DNA of 63,648 nucleotides, filler included, from Choristocarpus tenellus KU-1152 (taxonomy: Eukaryota; Protista; Phaeophyceae): the NCBI GenBank assembly GCA_964200185.2. It is 9 parts of 9 records of this genome, joined end to end, with 100 filler letters (N's around TTAATTAATTAA, not from the genome) between each part and the next. Parts side by side here need not be neighbours in the genome. Positions count along the whole stretch, not along the records: positions 25,472 to 47,356 come from CAXNAD020000319.1; positions 47,457 to 50,189 come from CAXNAD020025222.1; positions 50,290 to 53,080 come from CAXNAD020024720.1; 6 more parts are not named here. One strand, written 5' to 3'. The notes under the pieces were generated by a model. That model ran no database searches and was not told the DNA's origin. It saw only the letters and a program-made list of their open reading frames with translations. A program made the position numbers and the translations under genes. Of the stretch, positions 38,201 to 50,602 are shown piece by piece (position 1 is the first letter of the stretch; the number at the start of each line of letters is the position of its first letter).

Positions 38201-40214
38201 GAGGAGAACATCCGGGGAACTGTCATGAAAACAACAACCCTCACACCACAGACAGAACACGGATTGTATGCCATGCAAGGGGTATGGTGTCCACCCTGCT
38301 GAACGTCCCCACCTGCCCTCTACATGTCTGCAATTCTGACTTTCCATTTGCCGCATCAGGTCTACGATGCTCTTCCCTTTTTCTCAGACCTGGATATTTC
38401 CATACGGGTGCTGGGGTTTTGGCTCATATGGCTCTTCACGGTGCCCTCCCTAAGAGCCCGCAAGCCGGGGGGAGAGGAGAAGGAGGCGCTCAACATCGCC
38501 TTCCTGGCAACCCCCGTGACAAATCTGGCAGCACCCTTTTTCACAAAGGTTGGCATCTCTCTGCGTGCCAGTCCCAAGCGATCCCCCACTATATTTTTTT
38601 TCTCTCTCATCTGGTCCCAAAATTTTCCAAGGAAATGCTTCCGATTGCTTCTCTGCATGTTGGTCTGAAGTGGGCCACAGGAGGTTTACTCTTGTGTTGC
38701 CTTGGGTTCTCATTCTCATCATTGATTCCTGGGGATCACCTCCCCCCCCCCCCTTTGCCAAAGGTTGGCCCGCTTAGGGGTTCACCTATAGGTTATCGCC
38801 CGCCTCCTTACAAAGAAAACTCTCCTTCAGAATTTATTCAAACTCGGTTAGTTAATTGATCCCACTTATATGATACAACTTTTCAAGTGGCACTACATTC
38901 CTCCCACTTTGAGATGCTTAAGTGTGTTCTTCTCCCCCCCCCCTCTCACCTTTCAGGATCCTGTCTTGATCTATTGGGCAAACATCGCAGTGCTTGCTCT
39001 CAGCTACGGTTATGGCTTCACCGTGGGCAGCCCGGGGGTTGGAGGAGAGCTTTCCTCGGACAAGGACAAGAATCGCCCTCAGTGGCTAAAGTTCCTGTAT
39101 AAGGTCTGTATTGTAGCTCTGGTCATAGGGACTACTATGGGACAAGCAACATTTTTCTTTTTTACTTATTAAATGAGGGAATGCTTAGACCTTGGTTGAC
39201 TGTGCCATGTGAGATGTATCAGTAGTTAGGTGGTATGCCAACACTAAGGAGGTAGAGTACCTTGTATCTGGTTGGATCGTTGTTATGATCCGAAATTTTG
39301 GTATGAAATCGCCTTTTCAACTTTTTTTTTCTATTCATTGAATTTTCTTTATATTTCTATTTTTGCGTAACTGTCAGGGGTTTTTTTTCCCCCTATTCTA
39401 TTGATGAGTAAATAAGGATGCCACAGATCTACCGAGTTGGTACACCTGTGTGGTCTTCTATTCTGGTGAAGAGGCACCACCAAGGATGTTAATAGGATCA
39501 GGGTGTCTTGCCTTTTGGAATATGTGTTTTACTTTATCATGTTGGAATTGCTGGTCAGCATCGAGGAATGTCCATCAATAGAATTGAGGCAGTCACCTGT
39601 ATGTTTGTCCTCGTATCTATCACCATTCATGAATCAATCAGAACTGAGGACAGCCGAGAATGTATTCTCAGTGCTGAGTAGTAGGTAAACTATATCCTTT
39701 GAGCTCAATGTGTTACAAGGGGCCACCTCATTGGTGAATGCAATGTTGCTATTCATAAGATGTAAGATGTTCCTTGCTGCCTCAACTGTAGCATGACTTG
39801 TAAACGTCTCAGCATTCTGCTGGTCAAGACACCTGCCAACCCCACTGACCCCCCCACCCCACCCCCACATGGTTAATGCACGATTGATCCATTTTTTGTA
39901 TTTCATCCCTGTGATGCTTGTATTGCCTGAACGGTGCCAACATTGAGGGTTAGGGTTAGGGGAGTTCTGAAGTGAATGTATAGTGTTGTCTCATGGCTGC
40001 AAACCACTTGGCACAATAGGCGACAACTAGACCGATGGAATATGAAGACCTCTTTTTTCAACCTTGGCAGGCAGTGGACTTTGGCTCAGGTCAAGAGAGA
40101 GGCTTCCGTGGGCGTATAGCAGACAAAACGATCAAAGAGGTGGGGGAGGAAGGGGAGGTAGAGGAGGAGAGGGAGGGGGAGGGGGAGGAGCAGGTAGAGG
40201 TGGACAGAAAGTAA
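32264..40214 (+). CDS. RPH1: RPH1 (Resistance to Phytophthora 1)-like plastid membrane protein, ~324 aa; exons 32264-32306 (tentative), 32461-32630, 32950-33027, 33912-33998, 37579-37695, 38360-38548, 38957-39103, 40071-40214
   Basis: GFWLIWLFTVPSLRARKP..EKEALNIAFLATP..N..PFFTK...YWAN matches the RPH1 core. The N-terminus resembles a signal peptide plus ADG-F transit motif. Phases are consistent if a GC donor is used at 37696. Confidence 0.8.
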
Positions 40215-41839
40215 TGCATGTTAAAGACAATATCAGTAGTCATTTCTCTTGATCTTTTTGTTGTTATTGTGAGGGGCCTTGTTAATTGGGGGTCATTTGA
40301 GGCCACAGGGAAAAGCTAACAATAATCGATTGAATGAGAAGCTATTTCTGTGAAAATGTGAGAGCAAAATCTATGTGGGGTCAGCCCACTAATCTGAAGG
40401 TCGGCCTCTTTTATTAGTGAGCACTATATTTTTTGTGGGATTAATTGATGCATCGTTTTTTCTCCAGACCATTGTCAATGATCTTCTCTCAATAATAGGT
40501 CTGTCTCAGGAGACACACTGTCTGCCAAATAACAAAACGGCCAGGGACCCAAGCCAAATAGACTCAAATGCCAGTTATGTCTGTCAAGCACCATACTGGG
40601 GTGCCGCTATCAATAGACATGCAAGGTTGTGAGCAGACATGGTGAAACATATTACAAGTAGATGCTAAAGACTATTTGACACCTGCTGGAGCTCACACGA
40701 TATGCTATGCGTTCTCCTGCTGTCTACTGGCCTCTCTTGCATACGTGGTTTTGCCACATCAGTAAACTGTTGGTTGAAAGGAACCCCTGCCATCGCGTAG
40801 GGAACCTATGATGGGGGAGTTGCATTAGGAGAATGGGAGGCTTGGGCTTGTTTTTTCTATAGATTTTGAAATGAAGACTGGAAGTTCTTGGCATAGTAGA
40901 AGTTTGAGGTGACTGCTCAATGACCTTACTTACCAATGGTCATTTGGACGTGAGAATGGGTGGAAGACCAGGTAGGTACGGTTGCCTGTGTGTTTCGATG
41001 GAAACAGATTGTACTTTGAGTAGTTGACATATTGCTTGACAAATCCAGGATCTTCAATGGTGACGAATACCTTGGTAAGACTTTGGTCTTTTCACAGTTA
41101 AAGGAAAATATCTATTGTCAGCCTATACCACAAATGCTACTGTTGTATTTTCGGAACCTAGAGAATACCATTGGAGACATTTGAAAACTGTGCTTACCAC
41201 CAGAATATCCTGACAATACCATGGCATTGCTTTCCGTCCTACTGTACCATAGCGTGCAGGCGTGTTATAGTACCATAACCGCACAGTCCAGCTGTACAGA
41301 AGCTGTAAGGATACAAACACGGCAACTACTCTTACACTCTTGCTTTATGCAACACCTGTGTTCTGCCAAGGAATATATTGTAGGTCCCTACTATCAAAAC
41401 TGTCTTTAACATAGTAGTAGGTGAATATTTGATCTTCCCTATGACACTGGTATGAAGGCGCTACTAGAAAAACATGGATGATGCCTACTCAAATACTGCT
41501 GAGCGTAAAAATATGTCTGGAGTAATATTTTTGTTTTGAGTGAGTTATGTATGTATGACGATCATCCCTTTGTCATGAGGATCTTGAAGCTCATGTGTGC
41601 AGAAGGCCTGAGTGCTGATGGAGTACAAGCAAAAGAGACTGGTTCATTTGTGGTGGAAGGATCTCTCCTCACAGTGATGGAGCCTCAGAGGAGCCAAGCA
41701 ATTACTAGCATGCATCTAATGCTTGTTCTGTTGTGTTGATTTCTGAAATGGATACAACCTTGGGGAGTTGTAGTCAGAGCGGAGCTGTTCGCCAAGTTCA
41801 CAGCTAACTACCATTAGAGCGCTTAGCTCTCCTGAAGGA

Positions 41840-42745
41840 AAGCGCAGGAAGGGATTTCCACGGTCTGGCAATACTTTGTTTTGTCACTCCAGATGGGAAG
41901 TGCAATGCACAATGTGTTGTTCAAGTAGCGGGTAAGAACAGTATGCGGAAGGAATGCAGACACACATACACCTATTCTTGAAAAAATCACAGTGCTAGCC
42001 AACTGGATCACTGCAGTGGCAACATCCGCCTGAGCACAGGACAACATTTCCAGTCAACTGGTCGTCCATGATAACCAATTTTACTGAGGCTGTAGGTGTT
42101 GGTGAGTAAGTTGTTGGTTGGGTCAAATTACGAAAGACCTATATAGGTACCTCTGCCCAGAGTGTCTCATAGAATATCGTGTATGTTGAATTTGAGCAGA
42201 CTGAGTCCTTTCTATTGGTCCCACTTGGTGAGTCCTACTTTGTCACACTTATCATACCCTATTGAGCTAATTGTCTTCTCCCATAACTACAATTGTCCAG
42301 ATGACAGTCACTGTCCCGCCACCAAAACACTGGAGCGTTTTCCTCTTTTGTTATCACTTACTGCTACGAGAAGTAAGAGAAACAACTGGCTTGGGTTTTT
42401 TGTTGCTTGCTATGCCATATCCCTTAATTCTCCTTGCATATGGCCTGACAAACGGTACAGGCTTTTCGTTGGCAGTTTTAGTGGTTTGTTTGTGCCCAGC
42501 CCATTTATCATGACACATTCAATCCCATATTGCAATCGATGTATGACGATGCAAGGTCAGTATTTCCAAGTTGCCCTGAAGAATCAGCGGGAATCGTGCC
42601 TTAAGCTGGGAGAACTCTTACGTACCTATGCAACTGGACCTCACAATGTGCCATAACAAAGATTATGTCACTTCAACGTATCCTACATTACAGAGGACTG
42701 GAGTGGTATGCATCACAATGTGCTGGGAACGTTTCTGATGCCTGG
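41840..42745 (+). mobile_element. hAT transposase relic (BED finger plus first catalytic region)
   Basis: With frameshifts it reads STVWQYF..AQC...EC.HTYTY...SQL..H..QHPPEH, then QLDL...NKDYVT-FNVSYITEDWS....VLGTFLMPG. Confidence 0.65.
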
Positions 42746-43123
42746 TAAGTACAGAGAGTAGGAGCTTGGGTTGATGGAGAAGGTGAGGTTGTGGCGACTT
42801 TTTGAGGTTGCAGTAAGTTTTTTTTCGCCTTTTAGCTTCCCCTTCCTTACAATTTAGGAAGATTTGTACTCAATTTGTACTCAATGCACCTCATGTCATT
42901 GTCTGCCTTACTCTACCACGGTACTATCTTTGGGCGGGTATATAGTGGTAAAAGTAGCTCATCCGTCTCTAATACCATATCTAGCTCGCCACCAACTTTA
43001 ACTAATCCCTGTTCAATTCTTCCCATAACAACCATTCCTCGTCCAGAAATGTCATTTTCAATCGGCATTAATAAAGTTTTGCCAGTTTCACATTTAGGTT
43101 GTGGAATTATAAATCAATGGCCT

Positions 43124-44130
43124 TATGAATCGTGTGATTTCGTGGTGATGCGGTTCACTCAGGCAAGGGTGGTGAAGAGAATCACAGGGCAAGATGGACC
43201 AGACAGACCAAGACGAACCGTGACTGAGAGGACAAGGTTAGGGTTGGACAAGTTCAAGACTGCAAGGGATTTGCAGGAAAGTGTGGAGACTGACAGACTG
43301 AGGATCTGTGAGAGAGGATCATCAGAAATGTCAAGACATGAGAACAAAGTGAACCTTTCATGCTTGACAACTCTGAATAAAGAGCAGTCCAATATCTGTG
43401 GAACTTGTCTCTTGAAGTGGTTCCATGGGTTCGTTGTCACCGAAGATCCTCCAGTGGAATCAGGGATTCTTGACAAGGAATGTCAATCGGTAAATGGTAT
43501 ATGGCGTACGGCAATAATGGTATAAAAAGAGACAAACCTGCTTTCCACATCACCCCCCTTTCTGATCGACCTTGAAGCCATGTAAACATGATTCAAGGTC
43601 AACCAAGAAGTGAGCTTTGGGAGCAAAATGGGAGACATGTACGACTGTTAGTATACTATTGTGCCATTTTAATACACAACTCCATTAATACGAAATGAAG
43701 CGTAATAGATCAACGAGGCACACAATGAATATCTGATCAGGATCACATTAGCCTAAGGTTGATGGTATGTGGTCAGCATACCAATCAAGGTTACGAGGTC
43801 TGAGAGTATGGGATCAGCATATCAGTCACCCTAAAGACAAGGCTAAAGGTATATGTGGCCAGCATGTAGGGTCTCTATTATCTTGTAAAAAAAACGGAGG
43901 ATACTAAAAATAGGGATACGAGGAGCAAACGCTATATGGTGTCAATGAACAGTTTGATTACCGTTTGTGATTTGACATTGCAATTATGAGTGTTATACGA
44001 CGATTTTGATGACCACTCCAATTCGTGAAAATAACATCGCGTGTTACATGATCAATATCAACACGGCGGAATACGATGTTAAACGTGTGCACCCACTCTC
44101 CTTCCTCAAATTCTGACAACAATTGGAATA
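43124..44130 (-). mobile_element. 3' LTR (43549-43124) with polypurine tract (43563-43550) and decayed internal sequence
   Basis: The LTR is homologous to 7745-8090. On the minus strand AGAAAGGGGGGTGA precedes TGTGGAAAG. FEEGEWV...FTNWSG near 44110-44010 weakly resembles a gypsy integrase tail. Confidence 0.75.
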
Positions 44131-44368
44131 TTGCTCACTATGACTACAAGATTCCAAGTGGATAACTTGGACATACGATGTTGGTGACTCAACTCTCCTA
44201 TTACGATACAAAGTGAATGTACGGTCATTACATCATGTCGGGGGGATCATGCCACTCGAAAAATAAGAAAATATTTATAACATGTATGGCTCACCTGAAG
44301 TCTCCATCTCTTACCTAGTGATAGAGTTGAACCTTTGTTTATTAATGGGGTTAGTCATTTCATTATGA

Positions 44369-44625
44369 AAGCCAAAGTATCTTAGAGCGTAGAGCTGTGT
44401 CCATTTGGGGGCCAAAATGAAATGTTGTGATTTTGATGTAATTTGGCTATTGTGTTTGTTAGGAAGTGTTAGTATCCTTGTTCCAGACACTTTTTTATAA
44501 CGTACACATTTTACCTACTCCGAAACATTTTGGAGTAGGAAAATGTCATTAAAAAAGACTGTGAGAAGCAAAGCCCCAAACGGACAAACAGGGCAAAACT
44601 CGTACCCTCTAAGATGCTTTCACTC
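44369..44625 (-). mobile_element. MITE subfamily A copy
   Basis: Reverse-orientation copy with TIRs AAAGTATCTTAGAG / CTCTAAGATGCTTT. Confidence 0.9.
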
Positions 44626-44672
44626 ATGATCAATAAATCCATATTATTATCATGAATGAAGAGTCACTTTTA

Positions 44673-44851
44673 GACTCAAAGTATCTGGGGGATGGGTAGC
44701 GGCTGTCCATTTGGGGCCAATTTTTCATGTTGCGATTTTTTTGTGATTTGGTTCCATACGTTGGATGGATAATGTTAAGTACACATTTCCTGGTTATGGC
44801 CCAAATGGACACCCTGGTATACACCCCCCTCCCCCCCCAGATACTTGGGTC
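44673..44851 (-). mobile_element. MITE subfamily B copy (G/C-run TIRs); related ends at 6481-6760, 6861-6950, 47267-47356, 47457-47481, ~50330-50364 and 63627-63648
   Basis: CAAAGTATCTGGGGG...CCCCAGATACTTG. It shares the GTCCATTTGGG subterminal motif and the AAAATCGCAACAT block with subfamily A, and has TTA on both flanks. Confidence 0.85.
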
Positions 44852-45212
44852 TTATCGCACGGGTGCTAATGTGCCTGATGATACAGTCTCTTCACCACCG
44901 CATGTGTCCACTCATGCAAACGAGGAGAGTTAAGAGGTAATATTAATTGCAATATTAGTTTATCTAAATGCCACCAACATACGCATGATCAATTTGCAAG
45001 GATTGATAAACCTGTAAACACAAGATGTCAAGTCCGAGCTAGTTGTGAACAGGTTGACTGACGTGTGTTACCAGTTATCTAATTTTCTTGCAAATCGATA
45101 GAGACTATACCCACCTATGACAAGATGATACACAAACTATTTGTCTAAACTAGGTCGTCAACCCATGTAAGGGATTGTGATATGTGGGTACCACGAGATC
45201 CGCCCAAGACCA

Positions 45213-45474
45213 GAGTGAAAGTATCTTAGAGAGTACGAGTTTTGCCCTGTTTGTCCATTTGGGGCTTGGCTTCCCACGGGTTTTTTTATGACATTTTCCT
45301 ACTCCGAAATGTTGTTTCGACGTAGGTAAAATGTGTTTGTTATGAAAAGGTGTGTCCGGAATAAGGGTATTGACACTTCCTAACAAACACGATAGCCAAA
45401 ATTACATCAAAATCGCAACATTGGATTTTGGCTCCCAAATGGACATGGCTCTACCCTCCAAGATACTCTGACTC
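45213..45474 (+). mobile_element. MITE subfamily A copy
   Basis: GAGTGAAAGTATCTTAGAG...AAGATACTCTGACTC. Confidence 0.9.
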
Positions 45475-46406
45475 ACACAGAAATGTGATATAAATATAAA
45501 GACGTACATACATGGTTATATACACACATATATCTGGTTAAGGAAACAGAAGAGGAAAATAAAATAAAATAAAATAAAATAACTTCATAAGAATACTTTC
45601 GATGATACTAGCAAAACCAATTCAAATCTTCGAACAACACAAGTCAATTTGTTACACAAGTCAATAGTGAAGATCAACGTGAATAGGAAGCCGATCAAAC
45701 ACAGCGATGACGGTAAGGGATATCGTACACCTTTGAGCAAAACCACCTGAGAGGAGGATCGGTTTTTGACCCCCCTTTGGCATATTTCACTCCCTTTTTG
45801 AAACTTGTCTTTGTATGCCATGGCTATGTCCGTGCCTGAAGTGCAGGGATAGGGTTAACCCCTTCTTTAGACAGCGTAACTGTAACTGTAACTGTAACAG
45901 TAACTGTATGCTAAGAGGTTGAGGGGTGAGCACATTGATAGGCGAAAGCAACACTCGCAGTGCTAAACAAACAAACCCGTGTTCCACAAGGCAGCCACAT
46001 GGTTAGGGTTAGGGTTAGGGATAATACTCAACTGCACCCTGCTATTGGATGGCATCACTGTCTACTAATGTTGCACTCTCTATCATAGGACAGAGCGTTT
46101 GTCCTTGGGCGTTGACTTAATTTCAGGAGTTCTGACTGTCGTTTTTTTTTTCCTCTTCTTTTTCGGTTCCTTTTTTTTCAGTTCTCTCATTTTTTTATTT
46201 TTTATTTTATTTTATTTTATTTTCTGAGGGTGGGGGGGGGTATCTTCTTTTGTCGGTTGGGCCAGAGGAAAATTCCTTGAAAGCGACGAACTTAAATATT
46301 TCAAAAATAAATTTACTGAAGAACATTTACTGTATAAGAAAGAAATAGCCTATAGCCACTTCTTATCCGCATCAACTCCAAACATTCAAGCAGCTGCTTT
46401 TGCAAG

Positions 46407-46567
46407 ATGTCAAATAACAAGTATGTCCAATAACAAGTATGTCAAATAACAAGTATGTCAAATAACAAGTATGTCAAATAACAAGTATGTCAAATAACAA
46501 GTATGTCAAATAACAAGTATGTCAAATAACAAGTATTTCAAATAACAAGTATGTCAACTAACAGTAT
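46407..46567 (+). repeat. 16-bp minisatellite (AAATAACAAGTATGTC), about 10 units
   Basis: Near-perfect head-to-tail repeats. Confidence 0.95.
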
Positions 46568-47645
46568 GTACAGGAAATATATAAATATAAAAATAAAATT
46601 CAAGGGTTTCTTTTCGACAGACATATATAAATAAAATATATCGTATTCAAGTACGAGCTTCGAGGACTTGAAAAAAAAACAACCATGTTTTGAGTAGGAT
46701 ATATCGTCGAAGTCCGAACAAAGAACAGAGGCCCCGGTTCAACTCCAGGGTTGGCCACAGAGCAAGAAAGAGCAACTTCAGTTTCATGCAATAGCTACTC
46801 TGAGAGCAGGCCCTATTCTTAGACGACGTACTTGCGACAGCCTTCGGGTATGTACAAGTGCTTCTAGAGCTCTGAAGGGTGAGGTCACCCTTGTTATGTC
46901 AACAAACCGTTGTCTGCTCTTCCACAGTCACAGCCTCAGGAGGGGGGATGGATTCATCCCAGCATTCAAATTGGACCGCCGGCTGGAAGGTTTCAAAGAA
47001 GTAAGAAAATATACTCAACAGTGTCGATTTAGACCTCCCTCTAAGGTAGAATGGCTCTGTAGCCCTGTCAGAGGCCCACATCTCTTCAACACACACATTA
47101 TTCGTGTGTACACATATCTAGTTCTTACTTTCAAGTCGCCTCCACCACCTTCCTGCTGACTCCACAACTCCACCACCAAGTGCTGCTTCAAACCGTACAC
47201 CTTTACCTCTAGATCCTTGTCCCTGGATGGCCCACCAAACAAGTACTCCAGTAGTCCTACCCCATTGACCTAAAGTATCTTGGGGGGGGTGGGGTGGGGT
47301 GGGTCTACACCAGAGTGTCCATTTTGGGCCAAAATCAGGAAAAGTGCATTTACATTNNNNNNNNNNNNNNNNNNNNNNNNNNNNNNNNNNNNNNNNNNNN
47401 TTAATTAATTAANNNNNNNNNNNNNNNNNNNNNNNNNNNNNNNNNNNNNNNNNNNNCCCCCCCCCCCAGATACTTTGACCCATTTTACAATTGATAATGC
47501 ATCATACAAATCATTGGCATCATTCCAATGTACTGCACACACACACACACACATACACACACACGGATACATCCACAAACATCAATACATTCAGAATTTT
47601 GAGCAACCAACAAACAAACCCATAAAAACACACAGGAACACACAC

Positions 47646-49318
47646 CTCCCATGCATTGGATGAAACACTCCGGCATCTCTCTTCATCTCTAACACGCAAC
47701 AACTCTCCAGCAGCTGCGACACCCTCAAGGGCAGAAATTCCCTCCCCTCCCCCTTCTGAAAACCGAATCACCTGTAACAAAAAAGCGTTTCCATCAAAAT
47801 AAAAATAAGAATTTATTATTATTATTATTCTTATTAGAAGAGGAGACACACACACACACACTTCCAGGAAGGTTGTGAAAACACAGTTAAAAAAAAAGAA
47901 AAAAAATGCACTGGTTTGAATTCTTAGCACCGGGGGTGAAAAAAGGATGGTGCGTGTGTGTGAGTGTGAGTGAGTGGGGGGGGGGGGGAGGGCATGGCGG
48001 ATTCTGACCTAATGAAAATGTTGCAATGCAACCCTTCAGATATGGTACAATTATTAGAAATATCAGTACGGTGCTTTGTTGGATGGGTGGATGGATTGTT
48101 GGAGAGGACCTGGATCTGAGTCCGGACAAGTTCGAATCTTGAACTGTCCAAAATGAGGGTTACAAATAGTGACTACTCCGTTAAATAGTGATAGAGTGTT
48201 GCAAACCTGGTGAAAAAGGGAGTTTGAATTCAAGCGATTTTTGTTGTTGTCCTCAGGAGATTTAAAATTTAATTTAAAAAAATGGTTTGCAGTACACATC
48301 GTTAAGGAAGTCAAATAAAATAAACCCACAACAACAACATGTTTGTTTGGGGTCACACCACCAGCAACAAGAACAGAAATCTTCACAACCACCCTCCTGT
48401 GTCCCCATACACATATAACTATAAATATACATGACACAAATCTACTACTACTCCTTGGGAATATCGGCAAAACCCCCGGAGAGGATTTCAGAGTGCCATT
48501 TACATTCCCATTTGTCGCGACTAGCACTTGATACTGTAAACAGGCAGTGTATTGCATATACTGCAAAGGGGGGGGAGGGGGATTCCCAAAACATCAATCA
48601 AAAAGAAAGTGAAAGAGAACATAAAAGCATGAGTGGGAAACACTGGACAAAGATGGGGAGAGCGTGAAGGTGGGGGTGGGAGGTTGGGGTGGGAGAGGGG
48701 CTGGCAAATATCTCCATGAAAAAAGAAAAAAAGTATTATTTATTGTAGTTGATCCTCGGACATACGTGAACAAAACTGTCTTCTCTTCTCACCATACGAT
48801 CATAAATTAACTCACATCTTGTTTATGTACACTCAAAAAAATAATAGAAGAAAACAGCCCCTACATAGTATACTTTTTTTTTTTTGTAAATCTCTACTAC
48901 TGTAGCTAATACCGTAGTAGTGTCCTCTTGACCCTAACCCCATCACCAAAAAACCGAAAAAAACGTGCACACAGGCACATAAAAACAAATTGAAAAAATA
49001 AAAATTACACCCCATGACTCTGGAGTGCTCTGTAGTCGACTCTAAATCACACACACACAGCCAATGATGACTAGGAATTTCTTTTCCCCTGCCCCTCCGT
49101 CCCTTCTCCTCTCAAGCACATATCCATACACAAACACCATCCATTCCAATCAAAAACATCATGTTTGCATACCCCTTTCAGGTCCCTTCCTCATACAGGC
49201 AAAATACCTCTTTAGGCCATGTGTCCAAGACCTCTTCGCCTTTTCCCTTGGCCAAGGACAACGCTTGCAGGAGGTTAAACGTGCCCAGCCATAGCGACTC
49301 TCCATTCCTGATCAGCCC
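47646..49318 (-). CDS. Candidate internal exons of an unidentified gene (49318-49208, 47771-47646, possibly others between)
   Basis: GC-richer open segments bounded by CAG/GT, with lengths that are multiples of 3. No family recognised. Confidence 0.4.
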
Positions 49319-50318
49319 CTGTGTACGCCATAGTAGTAGTAGTAGTAGTAGTTCAATCCATTGAAAACAGCATAGCAGAGCATGCACGTTATAAGAATAA
49401 CACAAAACAGCTCCATGCACAATCAGTAACTTATCTTTAAAAAAAAGTACACGCTACGAAGTGTATCAGAAAAGTACGTAACCCAAAACATCATTATAAT
49501 GCTACTATAAACTATGACACATCGTAACTGTTCCTGTATAACTGCCAAATGAGAATGAAGGGAGAGGAAGAGGAAGAGGAGGAGGAGGAGGAGGAGGAGG
49601 AGGAGGAGGAGGAGGAGGAGGTGCTATTGATATGGGTGCCTTCCTCTCCAAAAACATTTCGTTCTTCAATTTACACACTTAAACCCACTATTTTCAGCTT
49701 AGATTTTAAAGGGGGAGGCAAATGTGCTCCTTAGGGGGTCTAAGAAGGTTCAAATTCACCAATCACAGGAATTCCAATAAAAATCAGAAAAAAATACATT
49801 ATTTTGTTACCCCAGCTGCCTCTTTAATATTATATAGTTTGCTGTATGTACTCCACAAACACAGGGCGAAAAAACAGCAACATGCTCTCAAAAATACAAA
49901 CCAATACATCAATACAAACACGTCGTCGGAGAGGATACATCGCTGAGAGTGTGGTCACAACTCTTCCTCTAAACTTTATATACCCCAATGATGAAGCGTA
50001 GTAAGCACCGCCAACAAGGTGCAGAAGGTTTGTTTAAATAATCATGACAAAACTCTTCATATAACCACAACTTCTCATTTTATAAAAATAGGGAGGGATT
50101 CCTCAACGGGGAGACAAACAGACCACCTTCGCTAAAGAAAAACAACTATATGAAGCCCAACCCAATCACCCCCACCCCCCCCTCCCAATNNNNNNNNNNN
50201 NNNNNNNNNNNNNNNNNNNNNNNNNNNNNNNNNTTAATTAATTAANNNNNNNNNNNNNNNNNNNNNNNNNNNNNNNNNNNNNNNNNNNNAAAAAAAAAAA
50301 AAACAAACAAGGGGAAAA

Positions 50319-50350
<32 letters not shown>

Positions 50351-50602
50351 AGATACTTTGACCCGGTTGTGAGATAGAATAATCCATATGGTATATGGTA
50401 ATCCATGGTGTGTTTTTATGACTAGATTACAGTTTGTGGGGTTCAATGTAAGGGTTTTGTTATTTTTCGGACCAAAGCTTACTTACCAAGCTAAGATCGT
50501 TATTTTTCTCAAATGTATTTTGTTCATTCTTCCCACAACTCCAGAAATAGGAAGCACAAGGTCCAAATCCTTAGACCATCTCCTCTCCTTTTGTATTTGT
50601 AG

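Noticed and set aside
42875-43525. 216-aa ORF
   Set aside because: It is a chance open frame running from flanking DNA through the LTR.
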